Below, one piece after another: positions 40,683-52,573 of a stretch of DNA of 64,000 bases (position 1 is its first letter; each line of letters begins with the position of its first letter). The DNA comes from Paramecium tetraurelia. Taxonomy: Eukaryota. Below the pieces are notes generated by a model, which was given only the letters and a program-made list of their open reading frames with translations, had not been told where the DNA came from and did no database searches. The translations under genes and the position numbers were made by a program. The stretch lies in NCBI GenBank assembly GCA_000165425.1, contig CT868655.1, positions 1-64,000 on the forward strand, written 5' to 3'.

Positions 40683-41270
40683 TCATTATAACTTAAGTTC
40701 ATCAAGCTCTTATTTATTATAAGTGGAATTATAAAATTTACTTATATACTTGAGATGATTTTTGACATCCTATATTTTTTCACTTATCATAAGATCATGT
40801 ATTATTTAAAAACCTGAGAAATACTCTCTGGATAGGTCTGCTGCATAAGGATCATTAAAAAGACGAGTGAAATCTTGTCTTGAGAAATTCTTTTTGTTTT
40901 CTCCATTCTTTAAGAATGCTTTGATTGCTTAATTTTCTACATTTTTACTACCTAATAAAATAGTATAAAGAGTACATAAATATTTCTTGAGCAAAACCCC
41001 AAAATTTTTGGGTATGTTCTTTGTTTCTGATTTTTGTGGTAATTATTTATCTTTGTTTTTGTGAATTTTAGTCTTTTTATTAATTTTTAAAGATTGTGAA
41101 TAGTCAAATGATCCTTCAGTTGAAATAGATGAGCGTTGGTAATCCTCCACTTTGAGTTCTATGATACATTGAGTGTAAGTTTCATCTTTTACATATCTTC
41201 TAAATGAGGAATTGGGATTGCAATAGTTAATTGATGGGTATTTGAATGTTTGATTCTCCTTTTAAATCAT
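40683..41270 (-). CDS. Hypothetical ciliate protein (KNIPKNFG motif)
   Basis: Open frame with one 23-nt intron; contains ETKNIPKNFGVLLKKYL. Confidence 0.7.
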
Positions 41271-41529
41271 TTTGAATTTATATATATATATATTTATAAA
41301 TAATCACAGCATAAATTCTATGAAAAAGTTCACAATAATGAATTTCAAAGGAGTTTAAATTCTATCACTAATCTTAATATTAAAATATTCTATCGGAATT
41401 TGACATTAAATAATCTCAGTGTACAGGTGCATTCAGAATAGTTTGAGTTAAAATGGAAAAAACAAGAATTTCTCATCCAAAAATGATTTTATTATAATTG
41501 TTTAGAGGAATATAATAAAATAAAAAATA

Positions 41530-43419
41530 ATGACTCATTAATTATCCAACATAGAAAAAATAAAATAGTAACTTCATCTTTAACATTAAGTTAAAGAGAT
41601 ACTGGCAAAAGAATATGTTGATCTGCAAGACAAGGAGCATTTTCAAGTATAATAAGATCAATCATAAGGTTATTGTTGGTGTTTTGGAGAAACCAAAAAA
41701 GTTAAGAAATGCCAACGATTTATAATTATTAGCCATGGCATTCTCCTCAATTAAATATTTTTAAGAGATGAGCAAGACAACCAGTTAAGATGAAATGCTA
41801 AATTTATTTAGAGTATCAATATTACTGATTAAAGGAATTACAATACATTGAAGTGCCTGCCAGAAGAACTTTATTTCGTTTGGGAGATATAGGAAAGAAC
41901 TTCTATATAATTTTGAGTGGCTCAGTTTGGGTATTTCAAACCTTCTTCATTTTAGGTCTTAGTTGCTAGATCAGGTTTATAGAGTGGTACATTCACCAAA
42001 AAAGATGAGAACAACAAAGACAAGATCGAAATAGACGAAGGAACCTTCTAAGTAATACAATTGAAACTCAATTTAGGATGAATTCGAATTCATTGAATTA
42101 GATGACGAAACCATGTTAACTTAGAAATATCCAACTCTAATGAAAGTAGGCTAAATAGCAGCAGGTGGCTCTTTTGGTGAAATAGCTCTTACTAATTTTA
42201 TCCCAAGACAAGCTACTATTGTTTGCAAAGAGAATTCACAATTCATAACATTGTCAAGAGAAGCTTTTAACAAATTTCTATGTATTTTATGAATATATTA
42301 TTATAGCTGAATATTACAATCGAATCCAGCAAAAGAATTTTGAGTTTCTCAAATCAATTCAGATATTCAAGGCTTGGAATGATGCAGAATTAAGTTAAAT
42401 GTAATATCATCTTCAGCCTTTGGAATATTGTTATGATACGTTGATATATAAGGAAGGAGAAATAGTGAAGTAGCATAATCTATATTATGAATAGAGGTGT
42501 TTATTTTGTTTTGGAGGGGTAAATTGAAATTACATAGAATGCAAAAAACGAATATCATTTTGATTAACAATATAGTAGAAAATTGCAGAGATCTTATAGT
42601 AATGTATGCTTTTTCTATTCAAGGTCAAAAGAATATTTAATTAAAATTAAACCGATGTGGATATGGATAATTATTCGGATATTTAGAAATAGTGGCTAAT
42701 TAAGAATTTCGATTATCAAAAGCTGTGTGTTTAACTGAAAAATCTAAAATGCTATTTTTGCCTGCAGATGTATTAGTAATAATTAAATTTAGAGATTTAA
42801 ATTGTATTGTTGTAGTGGTTAAACTTTATCAGAGTTGAATAAAATGATTGATAAGTTAGATGAAAACAAGAGAATCTCAAAGGAAATATTCTTAGGTAAT
42901 TCATATCAACATTCAGGTGGGTTTGATTTCTTGACTCAATCACCAAACTATTTGATTAAAACATAGGATGAAGAAGATAAATTTACATAAATCAATTAAT
43001 CTTAATAAAATCATTAAACATCTCATAAAAAGAAACACCCTTAAAAAAATACAGAAGGGAAATCTCAAAAAGTTGTTTAAGAAATGTTAGGAAAGATTTA
43101 GCATTAACCTTCTAATATTTAAAATTATTATGAATTTATTTCTTCTCATTCAAAGGAAAGGAAACTAGAACTCACTTTTGAATGTCCTCTTATTGAGATT
43201 CAATAGAGCAGAAAAACAAAGATTTTATAATAATAATTATAACACTAATAATCAATTCAACATTCAAAAACACCAAGTTAAAATCTTGATTCTAGAGTAT
43301 GTTTGATTTAGAGTTTGAAACTCCCTAAATTATTTAAAAAAAAAAAGAATAACGAAGATGTCCAATTATAAGTTTATAAATTTGTTCGATAGTAAAATTA
43401 AAGTGTTTAGCTTTATTGA
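41530..43419 (+). CDS. Cyclic nucleotide-binding domain protein (two cNMP domains)
   Basis: LFRLGDIGKNFYIILSGSV, GGSFGEIALTNFIPRQATIVC, and a second domain YGQLFGYLEI…RLSKAVC. Multiple short introns. Confidence 0.85.
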
Positions 43420-43466
43420 TTATTTTTGATAATGTATGTATATATATTTATAAATTTAATTTTAAA

Positions 43467-43893
43467 ATGTTATTAAGGAAATTAGCATTACTTTATGAAT
43501 TCTGTTAATAGTCTGCAAGACAATGCTTTTAATTTTTACAACAAGACCCTATTGAGTAATCAGGATAGATTTCAACATAATATTAAAAAGCAAATAAGGA
43601 TGAATAGCAATTGAAGAAATAATCATTGCAATAGGATTATGGAGATTTGGAAGACTAGGATGGTGATCATGTAAGAATTGAATTTAAATTAGCATTTAAT
43701 AGAACAAGAAAATCCGTTTGAAAAGTTGAAACCAACGTTAAATTTCTAAAACACCATTCCACAATAAAACAATCACACTTCAAGGATAGAGAAGGAGCAA
43801 ATAAAATATGATGAGGAGATGGTTGACATGCATTAAAATAGTAATTGGAATAATCATGAACTTGATTAAGAGAATGAACATATTGAATTATGA
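43467..43893 (+). CDS. Small hypothetical protein
   Basis: Open frame with one 22-nt GTAAG..TAG intron; acidic and Q-rich. Confidence 0.55.
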
Positions 43894-43944
43894 TGAATAG
43901 ATAATTAATTATTATTATAAATACACAAGTGATTATGTTTAAAA

Positions 43945-44965
43945 TCAAATTTTTAATGACCTTTCGCTTTTGATGGCCCCAAACTTTTCATTTAGTAAAT
44001 TTTTGATCTTAAAATAATCATTATATGTCCATGATTTTTTGGAATCTTATTATTCATTTAACATTTTCAAAGCCTAATAATATTTAATTGTATAAATTAC
44101 TTATGTCCAAGTTACAAATCTTCCCTTAACTCTGAGTCTTTCTTCAGCAACCTTTTGTCTAATATGATAATGAACTTTCTTTTCGTAAGTTCTACTATGC
44201 TTTTTTTCTAAGTATCTCTTCACTTTCTATTTCCTTGCCATCTCTTTTAAGGATTCATGATTAGTTGATGTACATAGTTATTCAACCCAATCTTCAAATT
44301 TCTATGTTTCTTCATCATTCAGTATCTCCTCACATAATCCTACCTTGATTCTAAGCAAATCATCACCCTTAACATATGTAGAAATGAAATCCTCTTATTT
44401 TTGAGAGGGATTGAATCTCATCTTCAATTCCTCTAGATGTTACTCTACATTAGTTGGAACTGGTAAATCCTTTGGATAAGAAAACTTTTTCTAATTTTCT
44501 TTTAAAAGCATAGCAGCTAACATCTCCAAATCTCCCATTGCTGGATGATCCTCGGATTGTTCTGTTGTAGTACATTCTTCTATGCAGACCTTCTTTTTAG
44601 GATCTTCATCCAATATAAATTCATCTTAAAATACTGGACATGGTTTCTTGTAAGAAAACAATTGTTAAGGAGTGTAAACAGGAACTTCAACTTCGTTTTC
44701 AAATTCTCCACATTACTACGACATTAGATTATAACATAATACTTATTCATCATCGGCTGAATAATGTGGTTCATCATAGTTTATTGAGTTTTCATCCTCA
44801 ATATTGCCTGAACATTCCATTATTCCTTCTTCTCTCATCTAAGTATTACTATTCATTTTCACACAAGATTTTATATTTAAAAAAATCCTTTGAATTATCT
44901 ATAATTAATCCTCTGTTCTTATACTCCTACACACTACCCCCTTACAAATTTATCATTACATTCAT
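43945..44965 (-). CDS. CCT-motif (CONSTANS/CO-like/TOC1) protein
   Basis: RKQKVKRYLEKKHSRTYEKKVHYHIRQKVAEERLRVKGRFV near 44113-44237. Confidence 0.85.
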
Positions 44966-45110
44966 TTATTAAAGAATTACGAATTTATAATAAATCTTTG
45001 AGATTCATTACAAAATCATTCAATCTTTTTATTATTTAATATAATCAGTTTACAAATTCTCTCTTTATATATTAAAATTTAAATTATTAACTGTTAGTAA
45101 TATAATTACG

Positions 45111-45734
45111 ATGTAAAATTATAGTAGTGATGAAGAAATCTCATCAATTCCAGAAGATGAATATTTAGATTATGATAGATAGGATTTTGAAGCTATTCAA
45201 TTCGCTAATATCAAATAAAACATTAGTGAAGACGAATAAGAAAATGAAGATGACGATGAAGAAGAAGTTGAATAAGAAAAGGATAACAAATTACAAAAAA
45301 TAGGAATTAAATTTAAATTGCCTTAAAGAAATTAAGTTGAAAATAAGAAATCTCTATCTAACTTAAATAATCAGAAAGTATTGACTGAAGCTACAAATTA
45401 ATTAAAAAATATTAGTAAAATTGAAAACAGGCCTTCTACTTCATAATCCTACAAACCTATTTATACCACTAGCATTCACCAAAGCCAATAAATGCAAAAG
45501 AAATATAATTATAAACAAAAATCATTTAATACACTACCAAAAAGATCTGATCCCGTAGCTAGATATTAATAGATGTCATCATAATGGAAGAAAACTAAGT
45601 TTTTATAAAATACTAATGGATTAAAGGAAGGTAGAAAATTGAATTTAGATACAAGAATTGAATAATAAAAATAAGAATTAAAAGAATCTGGAATGTTTCA
45701 TAGATACATTGCTAAGTCGTAATTATTTCTGTGA
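45111..45734 (+). CDS. HYLS1-like (Hydrolethalus C-terminal box) basal-body protein
   Basis: Acidic N-terminus, then KRSDPVARYQQMSSQWKK, resembling the HYLS1 box KTDPVARY…W. 207 aa, intronless. Confidence 0.55.
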
Positions 45735-45894
45735 TTTTATTAACTTTTATTAATATATTCTAATTTGTTTCTTAGTTCGAGAAGACCAAAGTTTATGAGA
45801 ATAGAAAAGATATGATTTAGTTAATTTAGCCAATTAAATTCTTGTCTAATATGAAAAACAGCATTTTTTAAATATGGAAAAATCAAATAGATTA

Positions 45895-46278
45895 TCATCC
45901 AAATAAGAATTATTTTGTGCCTAGTAGTTTAGTACATTTTGAGCATCTATGTTATACATCTTTGCAATTGTTTAATAAGCAAGGGAGAAATGCAAGAAAA
46001 GAAGTAATTATTAATGCAAGTAAAATAATAATTACTACGTAGCTTCCTTTCCCCATTTCATAAGATATGTCAGAGTCTACAGGAACATTGCATTTTGAAC
46101 ATAATAGCTTTTCTGATTGCCTTGTTTATGGAACATTTGGATATGAACTTTCTTATTAAATGAGAGTGTTAGTGTTAATTTGTAACTCAATATTCTGTGA
46201 TTTAATAGATTTATATGTTGCTTATGACTATCCACTTCTAGTTTATTATTACTATGCGTCCAAATTGTTATCATTCAT
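45895..46278 (-). CDS. LITAF-like zinc-ribbon membrane protein
   Basis: LLCSKC…hydrophobic stretch…FLPCLLNNCKDVQHRCSKCTKLLG. Confidence 0.88.
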
Positions 46279-46396
46279 CAATTTATATTTATTGAAAATT
46301 TGATTATTTATGAGATTAATTAATGATGAAAATCTTGATCAAATGTTAATAAATATGGGAATAAAACTAATAAAATCATAAACTTAGTAAATTTAT

Positions 46397-48046
46397 TCAA
46401 GTTTAAAATACCTACTTAACATTTTTTTGAAATTTTTCATCATCCTCAATAACTGAATCTAATCTATCATTAATTAGGTTTTCAATCCTGGAGACTTTAT
46501 TTGAATACGATGAAGACCCCTTACTACTTAAACTTTCAAAAGAGTTCATTTAACAAAAGGATGGACAATAAAATTGAAATTCAGCATATTTCCTTGGACT
46601 TTTCGTCCTTTTTCTTTATTCTGCCCTGACTCGATAAGAAGTAGGATTGCATTTCTTAATTTGAGCTGCTTAACATTCCTATCCAATAGAATGGGTATCC
46701 TTATATTCTTCTATAATAATAGTAATAATATATAGTACTAATTTATGAGAGACCAGAAAATCCTGTAGCTTTATCTAAGATTTCTTGTAAAATATTAATA
46801 TTTTCAAGTTTACAACTAAAATAGGGATGTTCAAGACATTAAGCTGCTGAAAATCTAGTTTTAGGATTTGGATCCAACATAGATTTTAACAAACTAACTG
46901 CCTCTTTTTATAATTTATATTAAATATCTTAATAATTGACTTGACATAATTTGTTTTGTTCCATAATTTCCATTGTATTTTGTGCACGAAACAATGTTTT
47001 CTTTGTCAATCTATGATTATATTTATGATTAAGGTTACAATTTATAAAAGATGACTCCTGCACTGAAAATGTCACATTTAGGAGTGAAATAATCATCAAC
47101 ATTAGAATTTTTGAGTATTTCAGGGGCAATGTATCCAGGAGTGCCACAAATGCTTACTTTTTGTTCAGGTAATGCATAGATAGCTAAACCAAAATCAATT
47201 ATCTTTAATGAAGTAATGTCGTTTTATTTTTATAATAAGATATTTTCTAATTTTATGTCTCTATGGATAATATTGTTAATTTCCAAATATTTTAAGGCTG
47301 TCAATATTATCTATTATAGAAACATATGCAAACCTTGATAGCTTCCCTGATTTAATGAGGAGGTATCTAATCATCTGGGAATGTTTTAATATAATTATAA
47401 AGAGTATCCCCTGCTAAGTAATCGGTAACCAAATAATAGGAGTTCTCTCCTTGGTAGATTTCATGCAACTTCACGAAATGAGGATGATCGATCTTCTACA
47501 AGATTTGTATTTCTTACTATAATCTATTCTAATAATGAATAAGAAAATTGATACCATGCGATCAGATGACTTTTTTTACAAGAGATACTTTTTAGAAATG
47601 CATTTGGCTGCAAATTCAAGAATACTCTTCTTTACTTTAACCAAACAAACCTAATTTAAATTTTTAGTTTCACTTTTGAAGATGCTCCAGATCCGATTAT
47701 GGAACCAGAATCATAAAAAATGGAGATATTTCCAAAAAAACTTTAGGAGATAGGTGAATTTTCAGTAGATTTAGTTAATTATGGTCAGAGTCGAACCATT
47801 TAATTCGATTGACATAGTAGATTCCAAATGAAGATAATTCATCTTGTTCTGAAACCTTCCACATCACTCTTGTTTCCAAATTAAATTGTATTATATACTT
47901 AGGATTGACCATGTTTTTATGCTAGATTATAGATTCAGTGGACTTACTTCACTCAAGATCATTGAATCTTCAAGGACTTAGAGATAATATGTTTTGCTTT
48001 TCAAAATGTGTTTCCTTACACAATTCATTTGATATAGCACTTGCAT
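46397..48046 (-). CDS. CAMK-type Ser/Thr kinase with PH-like N-terminus
   Basis: IIGSGASSKV, FAAKCISK, IHRDIKLENILI, IIDFGLA, ICGTPGYIAPE, CDIFSAGV. Confidence 0.85.
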
Positions 48047-48125
48047 TTATATTTTATTACTTTTATTACTCTCTTATTAATATATATTCAGATATATTAA
48101 TTAATTTGTTATATTTAAATTCAAA

Positions 48126-50528
48126 ATGCAAACCCAAGACCTCGTTGAATATCTGGAATAAGATGTCAAAAGCTTTAATCAACTCTTCACTTTCCTTCCC
48201 TATCAACCCTCATTCTATAATTACATCACCAAGTATCAATTGAAATCCATTCAAATCGAATTGAAGAGTGAAGAATTCCTACCATCCATCTTCGTTAATG
48301 ATAAATTGCAACATAAAATTAAGTATCATCAGCAATTCAAACAAGCCTATGGGTTAACCAATTCTTTTGAATTCGATAATACAATCTCAATTGATATTAT
48401 TTCTTATGACATAGAAGAAACTTATAAAGAGTAAAGAAACATTAATTATTAATTAGAAAATTGGAAAACGATAACATGTATCCAATCTTATTAAACTTTG
48501 CTGTTGCTAATTCGAATTGGAATGCTGACTCACTTGCTCAATTTTTTAATCAAAAAGCCTGCTCATATAATACAATTAATATTGATCTGCTCTATTTGAA
48601 TTTATTTCGATTTGCTTTGTACTTCTAAAAATGTAATCAAATCACTACTTTTCTGCATTATCCATCCATCAAATTTAGATTATAAGAAATAAGACATACC
48701 AACAAATTTGTAGAAACCCCTTTGACTAAAATGATTACAAAATCCAGATCAAGCCAAAAGAAAGAAAAGGTTCAATACAAATTTGGATTTCTCTCTCTTG
48801 ATCAATCCAATAGGATCTTCCCTTTGATGATTCAAGATCCTCTTATCTTTTAATTGCCATTAATAGGTACTTGGTTATATTCAAATGATGCTTATGATGA
48901 ACCATTAAATAATAGATAATACATATGGACAATGTTAACAGAATATATCTGTAGTCCATATATCACCAGAAGAATCTGCAAAGATTAATATGATTAATTT
49001 CTATTCATTCAATTCCAAAAGAATCAATCTCCATAATTCTTTGAAGTTAGCATACAAGAAGACCCTCAATATAAAATCGTAAGATCTTAGGAGAGAATAC
49101 TTAATCTAGATCATCATCAAATCGATCTAGCCTCTGCTCAGCCTTTTAATTAAATCGAAAAAGTGGCGGATTTATATAATCCTATCAATCATACCAATCA
49201 GATCCCCAACAAGATCTCCGTTAATACTCAAAATATTAATAAACAGAAACTGTAATCTGCAGAACCCATTCAAACTATAGAATAATCATTTTAATAAGAA
49301 AGTACAGTCAAATAGCCACCAGTTCCTTAACCATTGGACTCCAATCAAAGTTATTAATCTGCAAACTTCCCTTAAAATTAGCATCTGACTGAAAGATTGG
49401 TCATCATGCAATCAGAATAGTTGAAATTAATGCAAACTCAAATTATAGATTTGCAAAGAGCTCTTCTTCACTAAGTATGATTAAATTATTAAGTAGATGC
49501 AAAAACCTTAAATATAATAACCCATGAGTCCTCCAAGAAATGAATAGACGTTTCATCCTTCGAATAAGAGAATGGGATTGCCAGTATAGAAGATAGATTT
49601 CTTAAGCGAATAATTGAAATTGAAAACTCAGTCCAAAAAAAAAGAATAGGAGATCGAAGAGATCGCTTAATAGATTTTATGTGACAAGATAGAATCGATG
49701 TAAAATTCTACAAGGAATTCAATTAATAAATTGATCTCATAGAATAATTCAAACAATTCAGACACTTCTAATCAATTCAAAATTTCAACGAATAAAAAAC
49801 AATCCTTAGGCGATTTAATTATATCTATGAAGGATAGTGATATCAAGAGATAAATTAAAAGAAATTAAGCCATGATTTAGGATATCAATGGAAATACACA
49901 AATTGAAAATATTCATCAACAACATTCCTAATCTTTGTCACCATTTTCTTTATAGAATTAACAATCAGATAAGAATCATTATCTATAAATTCAATCCCCA
50001 ACATTCAACTAATAAAAGGATGTTTCATAGTTTAATTATATGACTAACAATACCTTCTAATAAGAAAGTCCAATTAAATATGTTAGAATTGATTAATTTA
50101 CTTAATAATTATATTAGCAATAATAATAATAATAGTTGCAATAATAATAATTAAGTATAATTAACAACAACAGCAATAATAATAGCAATAATAACAGGTA
50201 ATAATAAATATTTGTAGTTTCAATAATAACAATAATAATAACAATAATAATAGCAATAACAATAACAATCACTAAAGAAGTCCTAATAATAGTTACAATC
50301 TTCAAATCTCAAATAATCAGGTTTAATTTCATCGATTTAGAAATCATATAACAAGTATTTAATTAATTTAATGACTTTAGAGAGAATATTATGACCAATA
50401 ATTAATTGGAATAGAGTGCTGGATCTAAAGCAATGCCTAAGATTAAATTTAACTTGAAGGATTATGACGACTCAGATTCAGATGAAGAGGTTAAGAAATT
50501 GTAAATGAAATACCTAAAGAAGAGATGA
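48126..50528 (+). CDS. STIL: STIL/Ana2/SAS-5-like centriole assembly protein (STIL_N, central coiled coil, STAN-like C-terminus)
   Basis: FGFLSLDQSNRIFPLMIQDPLIFQLPLIGTWL (48782-48877); ERLVIMQSEQLKLMQTQIIDLQRALL (about 49390-49470); MPKIKF…DEEVKKLQMKYLKKR* at the C-terminus; poly-Q tract. Confidence 0.7.
50112..50275 (+). repeat. Poly-glutamine tract encoded by TAA/TAG/CAA triplets
   Basis: In-frame (TAA/CAA/TAG)n within the STIL-like ORF. Confidence 0.85.
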
Positions 50529-51009
50529 TTTTAATTAATTTATATTTTTCTGTTTTTGTAAACATAATTAGTATTTAAATTAATTATATTATTAAAGATA
50601 GAATCAATTGAAACATATCACTTATTAGCTTTATATTTTAGTATTAATTAAAAACAGAATGAATATTTTAATTTTTTGATTAAAGCTTATTTCTAAATTA
50701 CATTTTTTAATTATTAGTTGTTAAGGTTTTAAGAATTAATTAAAATAGTAAAAGAGAAAATCTTTGAAATTGACTAACTATTCATAATTAAATATTTCTG
50801 TTATAAAAATGACTCTATCTATGAGGAAGTCTTGATAAGATTTTACTGTGTTTTATTGAAAGAAATTATATATTTGAAAATAATTAGAAAATAAAAATTA
50901 GTTATGAATTTAAATTTGTAGTAAGTGACATAGAAATTAAAAGTATCACATAATGAGTTTATAGCAGATATCCTAAAATAAAAAAAGATAATTTTAATTA
51001 TTAAAATAA

Positions 51010-52103
51010 ATGTTATCATTATTGCCAATTTTACTTGGTTAAGTTTTATGCCAATTATGCGAATAACCTATAAGGTATGAATCGTACCAATATTCGATTA
51101 ATATTATTGATCCAAAATCTGCTTAAATATGGAATTATGATGATTTGACAAGTAAGATTGAAATCAAAAAAAATAGGGGTAAATACCAATTGTCCACCAT
51201 TAACATCTGATTTAAAGGATATAGAAAGCTCAGCTATCTAATTGTTAGATTTACAAATAATTTTGGATATACCTGAAAATCTAACAATCACAAGGAATAG
51301 AACAGCTGGCCCAACAGTATAATATTAGACTGATGGAATCAAGATGAGAAGTTAAGGAGTTAATAACTATGTTTCTTATTAATCTTAATTCTTTTAATTC
51401 ACATATGCAGAACATAGCCTCGATTTTCAAACTCAAACTCCTGACGGAGAGTTGCAGATATTTATGATCTAAGATCAATTGTATTCATTGTGTGATATTG
51501 AACCAATATATTCAGTTCTTTCCTTTCCCATTTATAAATTATCTGAATAATAACAGTTAAAATTCAGAGGGTAATTCAACATAAATACTGATACAATAAG
51601 TGATTTCAACTTCAAATAAAATATCTTAGGAACTGTAAAATCAGACATATCTTCTTATATCACCTACAAAGCCCCAATTAACATCCCGTATAGATAATTA
51701 ATAATTGTAGACCTTGTTCAACAGCCTATTGGTATGTGTCCACAAACCCATTATTCTTTCAATAGGACTAATTAGATTAGTTATTGCAATAGAATCAATA
51801 CAATAAAATGAAAAGAGCCGAGTTGTAAAATACTGTTATTTAATACAATAAAGGAGTAAATTATATTATTAAATATAGAAAATATTATTTTATGGAGATA
51901 CTGAATTTGGTGAATATGATGACACTGTTGAATGGGCTGCTACTTGGATAGCATCAATAATACCATGCTTAATCTTTGCTCTCATTGCTTGTGTATATGG
52001 ATAATATGAAATATCAAATATTGGACGATATAGAAGACAAGAAGTCAAGCATGTTGAGCCAGAAATTGAAATGCTCAACTAAGAAGAAAAATAAATATAA
52101 TGA
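51010..52103 (+). CDS. Type I membrane protein with degenerate alpha-carbonic-anhydrase-like ectodomain
   Basis: Signal peptide MLSLLPILLGQVLC; QFFQFTYAEHSLDFQTQTPDGELQIFM; SYITYKAPINIP-PCSTAYWYVSTNPL; C-terminal TM WAATWIASIIPCLIFALIACVY. Confidence 0.6.
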
Positions 52104-52152
52104 ATTATTGTGCTGAATAAATCATTCACTAATTAAATAAAATTATGTAATA

Positions 52153-52525
52153 ATGTCCACCAAATATGAATCAAAACAAATTGATCCCCCCCGGTTCTGA
52201 AAAATTTACATTTCTATTAACGAAAACTGCTGAACCATATGTAGCCTTATTTATTTCTAAACATTTTTTGCTATACTTTTAATAAGTTGATATTCATGCT
52301 CTTGGTAGTGCTATAAATATAGCTGTTAAATGTGCTTGTACTCTTAAAAGAACAGGTATAAAGTATTTGATTTATTATTGAGGAATTGCTACTATTACAA
52401 AAATTGATACACCCTCTTAGACTATAGAAGATCGTGTTGAACCTAAAATCATCATTTCTTTAAGAGTCACCCAAAGAGGTTTAGAACTTTTAAAAGAAGA
52501 AAGTGAAATTAGGAAATAAATTTGA
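52153..52525 (+). CDS. Alba-domain nucleic-acid-binding protein
   Basis: VDIHALGSAINIAVKCA…GIATITKIDT…PKIIISL; one intron. Confidence 0.8.
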
Positions 52526-52573
52526 AACAATTGTAAATTGCAAATAAATGCTGTATCATATATATCATTTTGT

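Noticed and set aside
50114..50305. Hydrophobic poly-Leu/Ile ORF on the minus strand
   Set aside because: It is the antisense of the poly-Gln tract in the STIL-like gene.
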